In this document: piece by piece, positions 1-9,620 of the stretch
Numbering within the stretch: the first letter of the stretch is position 1
How the letters are laid out: each line of letters begins with the position of its first letter
From: Caulobacterales bacterium
GTDB lineage: Bacteria; Pseudomonadota; Alphaproteobacteria; Caulobacterales; Caulobacteraceae
Length of the DNA: 64,000 nucleotides
NCBI GenBank assembly: GCA_038236615.1
Contig: JBBRZO010000007.1
Location: forward strand, 25,780-89,779
Direction: 5' to 3'
Translations under genes and position numbers: made by a program
The notes under the pieces: generated by a model
Seen by the model: the letters and a program-made list of their open reading frames with translations, nothing else
Told to the model about the DNA's origin: nothing
Database searches by the model: none

Positions 1-2021
1 GAGACGTAGCTGCGCAGGCCCTTGCCGACCAGGTGGGCGTGAGCCCCGCCGGTGGCCAGGATCATCGGCAGGCCGACCCGGTCGGGGCCGCTGGCCTCGT
101 CGGTCAGCACGATGGTCGAGCAGCCGCGCAGGGCGGCGTCCTCGGCCTCGTTGCGCACCCGGTCGAGATTGGCGCGCAGGGCGTCGCCGCCCCGGGCTTC
201 CGCGGCGGGAATCGGCATGGTGCAGTCGATGACCGCGACGTTCTTCTCGCCGATGTAGCCGAGAATCCGCTCGTACATGCCGTTGGTCAGCACCGGGCTT
301 TCCAGCACATAGACGTCGGTCTGGGCGGCGTCCTGGGCCAGGATGTTGCCGAGGTTCTTGAAGCGGGTCTTCAGGCTCATCACGCCGGTCTCCCGCAGGG
401 GATCGATCGGCGGGTTGGTCACCTGGCTGAAGTTCTGGCGGAAGAAGTGGCTGAGCGGCCGGTACTGCTCCGACAGCACCGCCAGCGGGGTGTCATCGCC
501 CATCGAGCCGACCGCCTCCTTGGCGTCCTCGACCATCGGCGCGACGACCAGTTCCAGGTCCTCCAGCGTCAGGCCGGCGGCGGTCTGGCGGCGGATCAGC
601 TCTTCCTTGCCGAACTTGCGGGGCTCGGGCCCGGGACCGATCTTGGCCTCCAGGTCGACCATATTTCCTAACCACTCCGTGTAGGGATGGGCTTCGGCCA
701 GATGATCGATGATCTCGTCCTCGCCGTAGAGCTGGCCTTCCTGCAGGTCGACGGCGATCATCCGGCCGGGCGAGATGGCCAGCTTGCGGGTGATGCGGTC
801 TTCGGCGACGCCGCACATGCCGGCTTCCGAGCCGATGATCAGCAGGCCGTCGTCGGTATAGGCCACGCGTAGCGGGCGCAGGCCGTTGCGGTCCTTGCCG
901 GCCACCACCCAGCGGCCGTCGGTGGCGCAGACGGCGGCCGGGCCGTCCCACGGCTCCATCACCGCGTTGCAATAGCTGTAGAGCGCCTTGTGCGACGGCT
1001 TCATCTCGGCGTCGGACTTGGAGTTCCAGGCTTCCGGGATCAGCAGCGACTTGGCCATGGGCGCGTCGCGGCCGGCCCGCACCAGCACTTCAAAGGTGTT
1101 GTCCAGCGCGGCGGAATCGGAGCCGCCCGGCTGGATGACCGGCTTCACATCGTCGTCGAACTCGCCGAACGCCTGGGCGGCCATGCGGATCTCATGGCTC
1201 TTCATCCAGTTGACGTTGCCCTTCAGCGTGTTGATCTCGCCGTTATGGGCCAGCATGCGGAAGGGTTGGGCCAGCCGCCACTGCGGGAAGGTGTTGGTCG
1301 AGTAGCGCTGGTGGAAGATGGCCACGGCGGCGGTGAACCGCTCGTCGCGCAGGTCGGGATAGAACTCGTCGATATGCTCGGCCAGGAACATGCCCTTGTA
1401 GATCAGGGCCCGGGCCGACAGCGAGCAGATGTAGAAGTCGTTGATCGCCGAGGCGGCGATGCGCTTCTCGATGCGCTTGCGGCAGAGGAACAGCGCGCGT
1501 TCCAAGGCCTGGCCATCGAGGCCAGGGGGCGGGGCCAGCATGATCTGCTCGATCTCGGGCCGGGTGGCGTTGGCCTTCTCGCCGATCACGGCGGTGTTCA
1601 CCGGCACCTGGCGCCAGCCATAGATGTAGAAGCCGAACCGCAGGGCCTCGGCCTCGACAATGGTCCGGGCCGCTTCCTGGGCCGAGAGATCGGTGCGCGG
1701 CAGGAAGACCTGGCCGACGGCGATCGGCCCGGCGCGCAGGGTGTGGCCGCTGCCTTCGACCTGCTCGGCGAAGAAGCCTTGCGGGATGGAGACCAGGATG
1801 CCGGCCCCGTCGCCGGTCTTGCCGTCGGCGTCGACCGCGCCCCGGTGCCAGACGGCCTTCAGCGCCTTGATGGCCAGCTCGACCACCTCCCGGCGCGGCT
1901 GCCCGTCGATGGCGCAGACCAGGCCCACCCCGCAGGCGTCCTTCTCGTCGGCCGGGTTGTAGGCGTTGCCCTTGATGAGGAGGTCGCGGTTGCGAAGATA
2001 GCGTTCGATTTCAGCGCTCAT
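1..2021 (-). CDS. gltB: Glutamate synthase large subunit, 5' part (runs off window start)
   Basis: Hand translation from ATG at 2021: MSAEIERYLRNRDLLIKGNAYNPADEKDACGVGLVCAIDG...WHRGAVDADGKTGDGAGI, the Ntn-amidotransferase N-terminus of GltB; follows gltD. Confidence 0.96.
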   Translation of the reverse strand, partial: MSAEIERYLRNRDLLIKGNAYNPADEKDACGVGLVCAIDGQPRREVVELAIKALKAVWHRGAVDADGKTGDGAGILVSIPQGFFAEQVEGSGHTLRAGPIAVGQVFLPRTDLSAQEAARTIVEAEALRFGFYIYGWRQVPVNTAVIGEKANATRPEIEQIMLAPPPGLDGQALERALFLCRKRIEKRIAASAINDFYICSLSARALIYKGMFLAEHIDEFYPDLRDERFTAAVAIFHQRYSTNTFPQWRLAQPFRMLAHNGEINTLKGNVNWMKSHEIRMAAQAFGEFDDDVKPVIQPGGSDSAALDNTFEVLVRAGRDAPMAKSLLIPEAWNSKSDAEMKPSHKALYSYCNAVMEPWDGPAAVCATDGRWVVAGKDRNGLRPLRVAYTDDGLLIIGSEAGMCGVAEDRITRKLAISPGRMIAVDLQEGQLYGEDEIIDHLAEAHPYTEWLGNMVDLEAKIGPGPEPRKFGKEELIRRQTAAGLTLEDLELVVAPMVEDAKEAVGSMGDDTPLAVLSEQYRPLSHFFRQNFSQVTNPPIDPLRETGVMSLKTRFKNLGNILAQDAAQTDVYVLESPVLTNGMYERILGYIGEKNVAVIDCTMPIPAAEARGGDALRANLDRVRNEAEDAALRGCSTIVLTDEASGPDRVGLPMILATGGAHAHLVGKGLRSYV

Positions 2022-2058
2022 TGGGGCGCTCCGAAAAAAGACGAGGTCGATGCAGATA

Positions 2059-2223
2059 TTCCTCGCCCCTTGGGCGAGGTGGCGGCGAAGCCGACGGAGT
2101 GGGCCGTGGAACACACGGTGTTTCCGGATTGAGCACTGTCGGAGGGGGCGTGCCTGAAAGTCCGTGTGCTCCCAAGAGCCCACTCCACCACTTCGTGGTC
2201 CCCCTCGCCCAAGGGGCGAGGAA
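2059..2223. repeat. 165-nt REP/CIR-like palindromic intergenic element (family E)
   Basis: Ends TTCCTCGCCCCTTGGGCGAG...CTCGCCCAAGGGGCGAGGAA; related copies at 33615 and 55071. Confidence 0.9.
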
Positions 2224-2243
2224 TACGGAAATGCGCCATCGCC

Positions 2244-3692
2244 CTACTCCGCCGCCACGAGGGCGGGGCTGACACGGGCCAGCAGGTCGGCATGGATGGC
2301 GGCGGCGGCGTCGCGGCCGTCGCGGATGGCCCAGACCACCAAGCTGGCGCCCCGGACGATGTCGCCGGCGGCGTAGACGTCGGGCAGGCTGGTGCGCTTG
2401 GCGCGGCGGTCGGCCAGCTGCACCGTGCCGGCGCGGCCGACCTTCAGGTGCGGGGCCGCGAACAGGGTCGGCAGGTCTTCCGGTTCGAAACCGAGCGCGG
2501 TGATCACCAGCTTGGCGGGCAGGTCGTAGTCGCTGTCCTCCATCGGCTCGGGGCTGGAGCGGCCCGAGCTGTCCGGCGGGCCCAGCCGCATGCGGTGGGC
2601 GCGCACGGCCTTGGCGGTCCCGGTCTGGTCCAGCACCGCGCGGGGGGCGGCCAGCCAGTCGAACACCACGCCTTCTTCCTCGGCATGGGCGACTTCGCGC
2701 ATCGAGCCCGGCATGTTGGCCTTGTCGCGGCGATAGAGGCAGGTGACCGAGCTGGCGCCCTGGCGGATGGCGGTGCGGACGCAGTCCATGGCGGTGTCGC
2801 CGCCGCCGATGACCACGACATCCTTGCCGTCGGCGTCGAGCACGCCGCTGTCGAAGGCGGCCACTTCATCGCCCAGGCCCTTGCGGTTGGAGGCGATCAG
2901 ATAGTCCAGCCCCTTCACCACGCCCTGCGAGCCGGCGCCGGGCACGGTCAGGTCGCGCGCCTGGTAGACCCCCGTGGCCAGTAGGACGGCGTCATGCCTG
3001 GCGCGCAGGTCGTCGAGCGAAGCGTCGCGGCCGACCTCGAAGTTCATCTTGAAGATGATGCCGCCGTCGGCCAGCCGCTGGGTGCGGCGCTGGACGACGT
3101 CCTTTTCCAGCTTGAAGCCGGGGATGCCGTAGATCAGCAGCCCGCCGGGCCGGTCATGGCGGTCATAGACGGTGACGCTGTAGCCCTGCTCGCGCAACAG
3201 CTCCGCCGCCGACAGCCCCGCCGGGCCGGCCCCGATGATCCCCACCGACTGGCCGCGATCGGCGCCCGGGACCAGCGGCTGGACCCAGCCCTCTTCCCAG
3301 GCCTTGTCGCTCAGATACTTTTCCACTGAGCCGATAGTCACGGTGCCGTGCCCGGACTGCTCGATCACGCAGTTTCCCTCGCACAGGCGGTCCTGCGGAC
3401 AAATCCGGCCACAAATCTCGGGCATGGCGTTGGTGGCCTGGGAGAGCTGGTAGGCCTCTTCCAGCCGGCCGGCAGCGGTCAGCCGCAGCCAGTCGGGGAT
3501 GTTGTTGTGCAGGGGGCAATGGGTCTGGCAGAAGGGGACGCCGCACTGCGAACAGCGCGAGGACTGCTCGGCAGCCTTGGCGTCGATGAAGTCGGCATAG
3601 ATTTCGTGGAAATCGCGGTCGCGCGCCTGCGCGTCCCGCTTTTCAGGGGTGGAGCGCGCGACGGTGGTGAACTTCAGCATGCGCTCGGCCAT
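2244..3692 (-). CDS. gltD: Glutamate synthase small subunit (NADPH)
   Basis: CSQCGVPFCQTHCP Fe-S motif, GAGPAGLSAA and VIGGGDTAMDC dinucleotide motifs, AAGDIVRGASLVVWAIRDGR C-terminus. Confidence 0.97.
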   Translation of the reverse strand: MAERMLKFTTVARSTPEKRDAQARDRDFHEIYADFIDAKAAEQSSRCSQCGVPFCQTHCPLHNNIPDWLRLTAAGRLEEAYQLSQATNAMPEICGRICPQDRLCEGNCVIEQSGHGTVTIGSVEKYLSDKAWEEGWVQPLVPGADRGQSVGIIGAGPAGLSAAELLREQGYSVTVYDRHDRPGGLLIYGIPGFKLEKDVVQRRTQRLADGGIIFKMNFEVGRDASLDDLRARHDAVLLATGVYQARDLTVPGAGSQGVVKGLDYLIASNRKGLGDEVAAFDSGVLDADGKDVVVIGGGDTAMDCVRTAIRQGASSVTCLYRRDKANMPGSMREVAHAEEEGVVFDWLAAPRAVLDQTGTAKAVRAHRMRLGPPDSSGRSSPEPMEDSDYDLPAKLVITALGFEPEDLPTLFAAPHLKVGRAGTVQLADRRAKRTSLPDVYAAGDIVRGASLVVWAIRDGRDAAAAIHADLLARVSPALVAAE

Positions 3693-3889
3693 GCCAAACC
3701 CTTTCGAAACCCGTGGGGGCGGAGAAAACTTCCACAGCGGGCTCTTTATCGCGGGCTTGGGGCAAGAAAAATGCGTCGGTCAACACCGTTGACCTTATTC
3801 CACAGGGTTGGGCGTCATTTGCGCAAGCCTGTGATCCAGATCAAAACAACTAGTCCCATGTTGGGACAATCGCTTTTGGGGAAGCTGAA

Positions 3890-4684
3890 ATGGCCGACTG
3901 GCTGAACGCCATCATCCTGGGTCTGATCGAAGGCCTGACCGAGTTCATCCCCGTCTCGTCGACGGGCCACCTGCTGCTGGCCCTGAAGGTCCTGGGCCTG
4001 GGCGGGGAAAACTGGAAGACCTTCATCGTGCTGATCCAGCTCGGCGCGATCCTGTCAGTGGTGGTGCTGTATTTCGCGCGGCTGTGGAACGTGGTCATCC
4101 GCCTGCCCACCGACCCGGCGGCGCGGAAGTTCGCGCTGAGCGTCCTGATCGCCTTTTTCCCGGCGGTGGTCGCGGGCCTGGGCCTGCACAAGGTCATCAG
4201 CGGCCAGTTCATGGAGAGCGTCAGCCTGATCTGCTGGTCGCTGATCATCGGCGGGGTGCTGCTGATCATCCTGGACCGCTGGCGGCCCAAGCCCCGGCAT
4301 GAGGACGCCATGACCCTGCCGCTGCACACCTCCCTGATCATCGGGCTGGTGCAGTGCCTGGCCCTGGTCCCCGGCGTCTCGCGCTCGGGCGCCACCATCG
4401 CCGGCGCCATGCTGGCCGGGGTCGACCGCAAGGCCGCCGCCGAGTTCAGCTTCTTCCTGGCCATGCCGACCATGGCCGGAGCCTTCGCCCTGGACCTGTG
4501 GGAAGCCCGCGACACCCTCAACACCAGTCAGGCCTGGCTGATCGGCATCGGCTTTGGCGTGTCGTTCCTGGTCGGGCTGCTGGTCGTCCGTTGGATGATC
4601 GGCTTCGTGGGCAAGCGGGGCTTCACCCTGTTCGGCGTCTGGCGGATCGTCGTCGGAGCGGCCGGGCTGTGGCTGATCCGCTGA
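3890..4684 (+). CDS. uppP: Undecaprenyl-diphosphate phosphatase
   Basis: LGLIEGLTEFIPVSSTGHL and PGVSRSGATI motifs, highly hydrophobic. Confidence 0.96.
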   Translation: MADWLNAIILGLIEGLTEFIPVSSTGHLLLALKVLGLGGENWKTFIVLIQLGAILSVVVLYFARLWNVVIRLPTDPAARKFALSVLIAFFPAVVAGLGLHKVISGQFMESVSLICWSLIIGGVLLIILDRWRPKPRHEDAMTLPLHTSLIIGLVQCLALVPGVSRSGATIAGAMLAGVDRKAAAEFSFFLAMPTMAGAFALDLWEARDTLNTSQAWLIGIGFGVSFLVGLLVVRWMIGFVGKRGFTLFGVWRIVVGAAGLWLIR

Positions 4685-4700
4685 TCACCCAACCCACGTC

Positions 4701-4837
4701 GTCATCCTAGGCCTTGTGCCTAGGATCCCGCGTTCAGCCGCCGCAAAAGATAGAAATTGAAACGGAATCGGCGCCGCTTCACCACAGGGACGCCCAACAG
4801 CGTATGGCGGGATCCTAGGCACAAGGCCTAGGATGAC
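4701..4837. repeat. 137-nt REPIN-like element with perfect 29-bp terminal inverted repeats (family A)
   Basis: GTCATCCTAGGCCTTGTGCCTAGGATCCC at 4701-4729 and its exact reverse complement at 4809-4837; copies at 31452 and 51356. Confidence 0.93.
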
Positions 4838-4863
4838 GTGGATTGGAGCAGAGAGTCCCCGTC

Positions 4864-5838
4864 CTAGAACGCCCCTTCCGGCGCCTCGGCGTACTGGCCG
4901 CCCTTGCGGTAGCGGTAGAGGTAGCTGGGGACGATGGCTTCGATGCTCTTGGGGACGATGCCCAGGGCCTCGAAGCCCTGGCCCGTCGCCAGGTTATCGA
5001 GCTTGAGCAGCTTGAGCTGGTCGGAAGTGATCGGCGCCGCGACCAGCGGGATCACCCCGTAGACGGCCGCCGCCATGTCACCGCCGATGCCGATCAGCCC
5101 GGCCAGCGGCCAGGGGATCGAAACCAGCGCCCGGTTGCGGCCGGTCTCGCGCAGCACGAACTCCATCAACTCCTTGAAGCTGAACACGCCGGGGCCGCCC
5201 AGTTCGTAGGTCTGGCCGGCCGTCTCCGGGTCGGTGATGATCCGGGCGATGGCCTCGGCCACGTCGGCGACATAGGCCGGCTGGAACTTGGTGTGGCCGC
5301 CGCCGAACAGCGGCAGGGCCGGGCTCAGCGCCGCCAGCTGGGCGAACTGGTTGAAGAAGTTGTCCTCGGGCCCAAAGATGATCGAGGGCCGCACGATGGT
5401 CGCGGCCGGGAAGGCTTCGCGGACCGCCGCCTCGCCTTCAGCCTTGCTGCGGGCGTACTTCGAGTCGGACTTGGCGTCGGCGCCGACGGCCGAGACCTGG
5501 ACCAGCCGGCTGACCCCGGCGGCCGCGCAGGCTTGCGCCACCGTCTTGGCGCCCTGGGCCTGCAGGGCGTCGAAGCCCTGGCGGCCGATCTCCTGCAGCA
5601 CGCCGACCAGATTGACGCAGGCTTCCGCCCCCTCAAGCGAGCGGGCCACCGAGGCGGCGTCGCGCAGGTTGGCCTGGACCACCTCGATCTGGCCGACATC
5701 GCCCAGCATCCGCAGGCGATACCCCTTGCCGGGATTGCGGGCGGCGACGCGAACCCGAAGGCCCCGCTTGGCCAGGGCGCGGACGACCTGGCGGCCGACG
5801 AAGCCGGTTCCCCCGAAGACGGTGACCAGACCCTGCAT
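4864..5838 (-). CDS. Complex I NDUFA9-like atypical SDR / NAD-dependent epimerase
   Basis: MQGLVTVFGGTGFVGR Rossmann motif, SKYARSKAEGE, RPSIIFGPED; start set at MQGLV (the ORF-track extension runs through the tRNA). Confidence 0.9.
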   Translation of the reverse strand: MQGLVTVFGGTGFVGRQVVRALAKRGLRVRVAARNPGKGYRLRMLGDVGQIEVVQANLRDAASVARSLEGAEACVNLVGVLQEIGRQGFDALQAQGAKTVAQACAAAGVSRLVQVSAVGADAKSDSKYARSKAEGEAAVREAFPAATIVRPSIIFGPEDNFFNQFAQLAALSPALPLFGGGHTKFQPAYVADVAEAIARIITDPETAGQTYELGGPGVFSFKELMEFVLRETGRNRALVSIPWPLAGLIGIGGDMAAAVYGVIPLVAAPITSDQLKLLKLDNLATGQGFEALGIVPKSIEAIVPSYLYRYRKGGQYAEAPEGAF

Positions 5839-5971
5839 GGGTGTCGTGCTCCTAAAAGATGGGGTTCGGATAGACGATGGCCCCACAAGAGGCAACGCCC
5901 GCTGTTGACCGTCCGGGGACGGCGCCCTAAGAGGCTCGCCTCGCGCCGATCCGAAAGGGTCGGAGATGCGG

Positions 5972-6058
<87 letters not shown>

Positions 6059-6162
6059 CCCTTCGCTCTCATTGAGAGCTTCGGGTGGCGAGCCACCCTT
6101 ACCTAGGTGGCAATCAGCCCTTCTCTCTCTATAGATACGCCTGAACTGCGTGGAGCCTTCGC

Positions 6163-6780
6163 TTGGCCAATCATCTGCATGAGGGCGACCTGCCCGAAGG
6201 GCTGTTCGAAGGCGTGACCAGTCTCGCCATCGATTCGGAGACCATGGGGCTGAACTTGCGGCGCGACCCGCTGTGCGTGGTGCAGCTGTCGGCCGGCGAC
6301 GGCGACGCCCACATGGTGCGGCTGGACCGGTCGAACTACGACTGCCCCAACCTCAAGGGCCTGCTGCTCAATCCGTCGATCCTGAAGATCTTTCACTTCG
6401 GGCGGTTCGACATCGCCATGTTCGAGCTTTATCTGGGCGTCACCACCGGCCCGGTCTGGTGCACCAAAATCGGCTCCAAGATCGCCCGCACCTATACCGA
6501 CCGCCATGGCCTCAAGGACGTGGTCAAGGAACTGGTGGGCGTGGACCTCTCCAAGGCGCAGCAGAGCAGCGACTGGGGCAACCAGAAACTGAGCCCCGAG
6601 CAGCTGGCCTATGCCGCGACCGACGTGCTGCACCTGCATGCGGTCAAGGAAAAGCTCGAAACCATGCTTATCCGCGAAGGCCGCATGAGCCTGGCCCAGG
6701 CCTGTTTCGACTTCCTTCCCCATCGCGCCAAGCTCGACCTGGCCGGCTGGGAGGAAATGGACATCTTCGCTCACAGCTAA
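6163..6780 (+). CDS. rnd: Ribonuclease D (DEDDy 3'-5' exonuclease)
   Basis: LAIDSETMGL, KIFHFGRFDI, SSDWG..LSPEQLAYAATDV motifs; TTG start. Confidence 0.92.
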   Translation: MANHLHEGDLPEGLFEGVTSLAIDSETMGLNLRRDPLCVVQLSAGDGDAHMVRLDRSNYDCPNLKGLLLNPSILKIFHFGRFDIAMFELYLGVTTGPVWCTKIGSKIARTYTDRHGLKDVVKELVGVDLSKAQQSSDWGNQKLSPEQLAYAATDVLHLHAVKEKLETMLIREGRMSLAQACFDFLPHRAKLDLAGWEEMDIFAHS

Positions 6781-6802
6781 TCGGACCTATATAGCCGCCA
6801 AC

Positions 6803-7429
6803 ATGACCCACGCCGCCGCCCATGGTTTCGAGCCCCGCAGCATCGGCCCCGCCATGGACCGCTGGCGGAAGCGCTCGAGCCTGATCAAGGTCCTGCGCTG
6901 GGCCTTGCCCCTGGCCATGGCCCTGATCGCCGCCCTCCTGGTGGCCATGGTGGTGCTGAGCGGCGTCAAGAGCGCCAAACCCCAGATCCGGGCCGCCTCC
7001 ACCGCCATCCGGCTGGTCAACGCCCGCTTCATGGGCCGGGTCAAGGATGGCCGCGGCTTCCAGATCGGGGCCATCGGGGCCATGCGCGACGAGAAGAACC
7101 TCAATGTCGTGGTGCTGAACGCGCCCAACCTGGTGATCGGCGGCGAGACCGCCACCCCCGGCCGCATCTCGGCCCGGCGCGGCGAGTACAACGAGAAGAC
7201 CCGCCTGCTGACCCTGATCGGTGATGTGCGGATCGATGACGGAACCGGCCGGCGGGTAAACAGCGAGCGGGCCGTGATCGATATGAAGGAAGGCAAGATC
7301 GTCGGCCAGGCCGGCATCAGCGGAGACGGTCCGATGGGCCAGTTCAGCGCTCAGTCATACAACATGGATCAAAAGACCCAGAAGCTCGAATTCAAAGGCA
7401 GGGTTCGCGCGCGGCTCAATACCAAGTAG
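6803..7429 (+). CDS. lptC: LPS export periplasmic protein LptC
   Basis: N-terminal TM helix then beta-jellyroll-like sequence (ISARRGEY, LTLIGDVRI); upstream of lptA-lptB. Confidence 0.85.
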   Translation: MTHAAAHGFEPRSIGPAMDRWRKRSSLIKVLRWALPLAMALIAALLVAMVVLSGVKSAKPQIRAASTAIRLVNARFMGRVKDGRGFQIGAIGAMRDEKNLNVVVLNAPNLVIGGETATPGRISARRGEYNEKTRLLTLIGDVRIDDGTGRRVNSERAVIDMKEGKIVGQAGISGDGPMGQFSAQSYNMDQKTQKLEFKGRVRARLNTK

Positions 7430-7439
7430 TAGAGACCCG

Positions 7440-7976
7440 ATGACCACGAAGAGACTCAGCATGACCGGCGGGCGCTCCCGACTGATCCTGGCGGCCCTTG
7501 CGGCGGCGGTTCTGACGCCCAGCTTCGCGCTGGCCCAGCTCGACACCCGCTCACCCATTGACCTCTCGGCGGACTCCTCTGTCGTGGACAACGCCACCTG
7601 CGTGTCGGAATGGCGCGGCAACGTCGAGGCCCTGCAGGGCCGAACCCGCCTGCGCTCCGATTCCATGAAGGTCTATGGCGTGAAGGGCAATTGCGGCCAG
7701 GCCAGCAATCTGGTCGCCGACGGCAACGTCTATTACGTCACCGCCGACCGCAACGTGCGCGCCGATCACGCTGTCTATGAATCGGGCAGCGAGATCATCA
7801 CCCTGACCGGCGGCGTCATCATCGTGCAGGGCAAGAACGTGGTCCGCGCCGACAAGGCGGTGATCAACACCAAGACCGGCGAAACCCAGCTGCAGTCCGC
7901 GGGCCGCAGCGCCGGCGGCCGGGTGCGCGGCGTCTTCTATCCCGCCGACAAGCCGCAAGCCCCCAAGAAGTCCTGA
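7440..7976 (+). CDS. lptA: LPS transport protein LptA (OstA family)
   Basis: Signal peptide, PIDLSAD, WRGNVEALQG, ITLTGGVIIVQGKN, RVRGVF. Confidence 0.88.
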   Translation: MTTKRLSMTGGRSRLILAALAAAVLTPSFALAQLDTRSPIDLSADSSVVDNATCVSEWRGNVEALQGRTRLRSDSMKVYGVKGNCGQASNLVADGNVYYVTADRNVRADHAVYESGSEIITLTGGVIIVQGKNVVRADKAVINTKTGETQLQSAGRSAGGRVRGVFYPADKPQAPKKS

Positions 7977-7980
7977 TCAG

Positions 7981-8748
7981 ATGGATGCGGCGGTAACCGA
8001 CAAGCCGGCTCCAAACGGCGCTGGGGGCGCTGACGAAGGCCTCGTCGTTGAGCGGATCGGCAAGTCATTCGGCGACCGCCATGTCGTCAAGAATGTCTCC
8101 CTGCGCCTCAAGCGCGGCGAGGTCGCCGGCCTGCTGGGGCCCAACGGCGCCGGCAAGACCACCTGCTTCTACATGATCACCGGCCTGATCCCGGCTGACT
8201 ACGGCACGATCAAGCTGGACGGTATCGACATCACCGCCCTGCCGATGTTCCAGCGCGCCCGCATGGGCGTCGGCTATCTGCCGCAGGAAGCCTCGATCTT
8301 CCGGGCCATGACGGTCGAGCAGAACGTGCTGGCCGTGGTCGAGCTGCGCGAGAAGAACCGCGACAAGGCCGCCGAGACCACCACCGCCCTGCTGGAAGAA
8401 CTGCACATCGCCCATCTGCGGGCCGCCCCGGCCATCTCACTGTCGGGCGGCGAGCGGCGGCGGGTGGAAATCGCCCGGGCCCTGGCCAGCGAGCCCAGCT
8501 TCATGCTGCTGGACGAGCCCTTCGCCGGCATCGACCCCCTGGCCATCCAGGACATCCGCGACGTCATCGCCTACCTCAAGGGCCGCGGCATCGGCATCCT
8601 GATCACCGACCACAATGTCCGCGAGACGCTCGAGATCATCGACCGCGCCTCGATCATCGCCGGCGGCGAAGTGCTGTTCGAAGGCGCGCCCCGGGAAATC
8701 ATCGACAACCCGGAAGTGCGCCGGGTGTATCTGGGCGACCGGTACTAG
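7981..8748 (+). CDS. lptB: LPS export ABC ATPase LptB
   Basis: GPNGAGKTT, LSGGERRR, LLDEPFAGIDP, LITDHNVRETL, VRRVYLG. Confidence 0.97.
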   Translation: MDAAVTDKPAPNGAGGADEGLVVERIGKSFGDRHVVKNVSLRLKRGEVAGLLGPNGAGKTTCFYMITGLIPADYGTIKLDGIDITALPMFQRARMGVGYLPQEASIFRAMTVEQNVLAVVELREKNRDKAAETTTALLEELHIAHLRAAPAISLSGGERRRVEIARALASEPSFMLLDEPFAGIDPLAIQDIRDVIAYLKGRGIGILITDHNVRETLEIIDRASIIAGGEVLFEGAPREIIDNPEVRRVYLGDRY

Positions 8749-8825
8749 CGGCGACGCCTGAGAGGGCAGGACTTCAACGTCCTTTTCGTTCGTCATGAAA
8801 TCAGAACCGGAACATTGATGCTCCA

Positions 8826-8988
8826 AGCCCTTCCCCCGCTGGCGGGGGAAGTGGCCTGAGATGCTCTTGCATCGAAGGTCGATGGGGGTCTTTGCGGCGT
8901 TGGCGAGCGGCACACAGCCCGTAAAGGGCCCCCAACGACCCTCCAGCTTCGCTGTCGGCCCACTTCCCCCGCCAGCGGGGGAAGGGCT
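8826..8988. repeat. 163-nt REP/CIR-like palindromic element (family B)
   Basis: AGCCCTTCCCCCGCTGGCGGGGGAAG...CTTCCCCCGCCAGCGGGGGAAGGGCT; copies at 41649 and 59835. Confidence 0.9.
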
Positions 8989-8993
8989 ATACC

Positions 8994-9176
8994 CTAGCGC
9001 CGCCGCGCGCCGATCAGGTCGAAGAAGGCCGCCGCGACGCCGCTGCCGATCAGCAAGCGGTGCAGGCCCAGGAAGGCCAAGCCGCCGACGAGCACTCCGG
9101 CCATCCAGCGCGCGAACCGGCCTTTGATGGCCGATACCAGGTCACGGATACGCTGGCGATCTTCCCTCAGGCTCAC
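8994..9176 (-). CDS. Small hypothetical membrane protein (60 aa)
   Basis: Hydrophobic stretch WMAGVLVGGLAFLGL; GTG start overlaps stop of upstream ORF (GTGA). Confidence 0.5.
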   Translation of the reverse strand: MSLREDRQRIRDLVSAIKGRFARWMAGVLVGGLAFLGLHRLLIGSGVAAAFFDLIGARRR

Positions 9177-9469
9177 TCGAAATCCACCGGCGGCTTCTTG
9201 TTGGCCCGGCGCTTCTTGGTCTCGAAGTGGTCGAGGAGGGTGACCGCCCCGCCTATCGCCCAGACGGACAGCATCGCCCCGATTCCGACCGGGATACCGA
9301 CCCGCGGATCGTCATAGGCGCCAAGCTTCACCGCCCAGTAGAGGCCGAACACCGCCCCGAACGGGATGGCGATCACCAGCTTCAGCGGGAAGCGCCGCAT
9401 CGTCGGGCTGCTGGTGGCGGCCTCGGCCGCTGCGTCGATGACTTTTTCGAACAGACTATATCCGGCCAT
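9173..9469 (-). CDS. Small hypothetical 2-TM membrane protein (98 aa)
   Basis: Two hydrophobic segments and a basic C-terminus (KKRRANKK); antisense within the lptB-rpoN junction. Confidence 0.6.
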   Translation of the reverse strand: MAGYSLFEKVIDAAAEAATSSPTMRRFPLKLVIAIPFGAVFGLYWAVKLGAYDDPRVGIPVGIGAMLSVWAIGGAVTLLDHFETKKRRANKKPPVDFE

Positions 9470-9620
9470 GGGGCGAAGTTAGCCCACCACCGTTTCCTGT
9501 AAAGGCCGGCTTCTCCACCCGCCTTCCGGCGCGGCCCCGATCTTGCATACGCCGTCAGCCCTCCGTTAACCCAATCCGTGTCCTATTGGCCCTTCGAGCT
9601 TTTCGAAGAGGGCGTGCACC

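Noticed and set aside
33-2132. Many plus-strand ORFs over gltB (33..671, 990..2132 and others) and similar long antisense ORFs across the window
   Set aside because: Shadow frames of high-GC genes on the opposite strand; no recognisable motifs
3728-3841. DnaA-box-like words (CTTCCACAG, TATTCCACA, TGATCCAGA) in the gltD-uppP intergenic region
   Set aside because: Each has one or more mismatches; too weak to call without data
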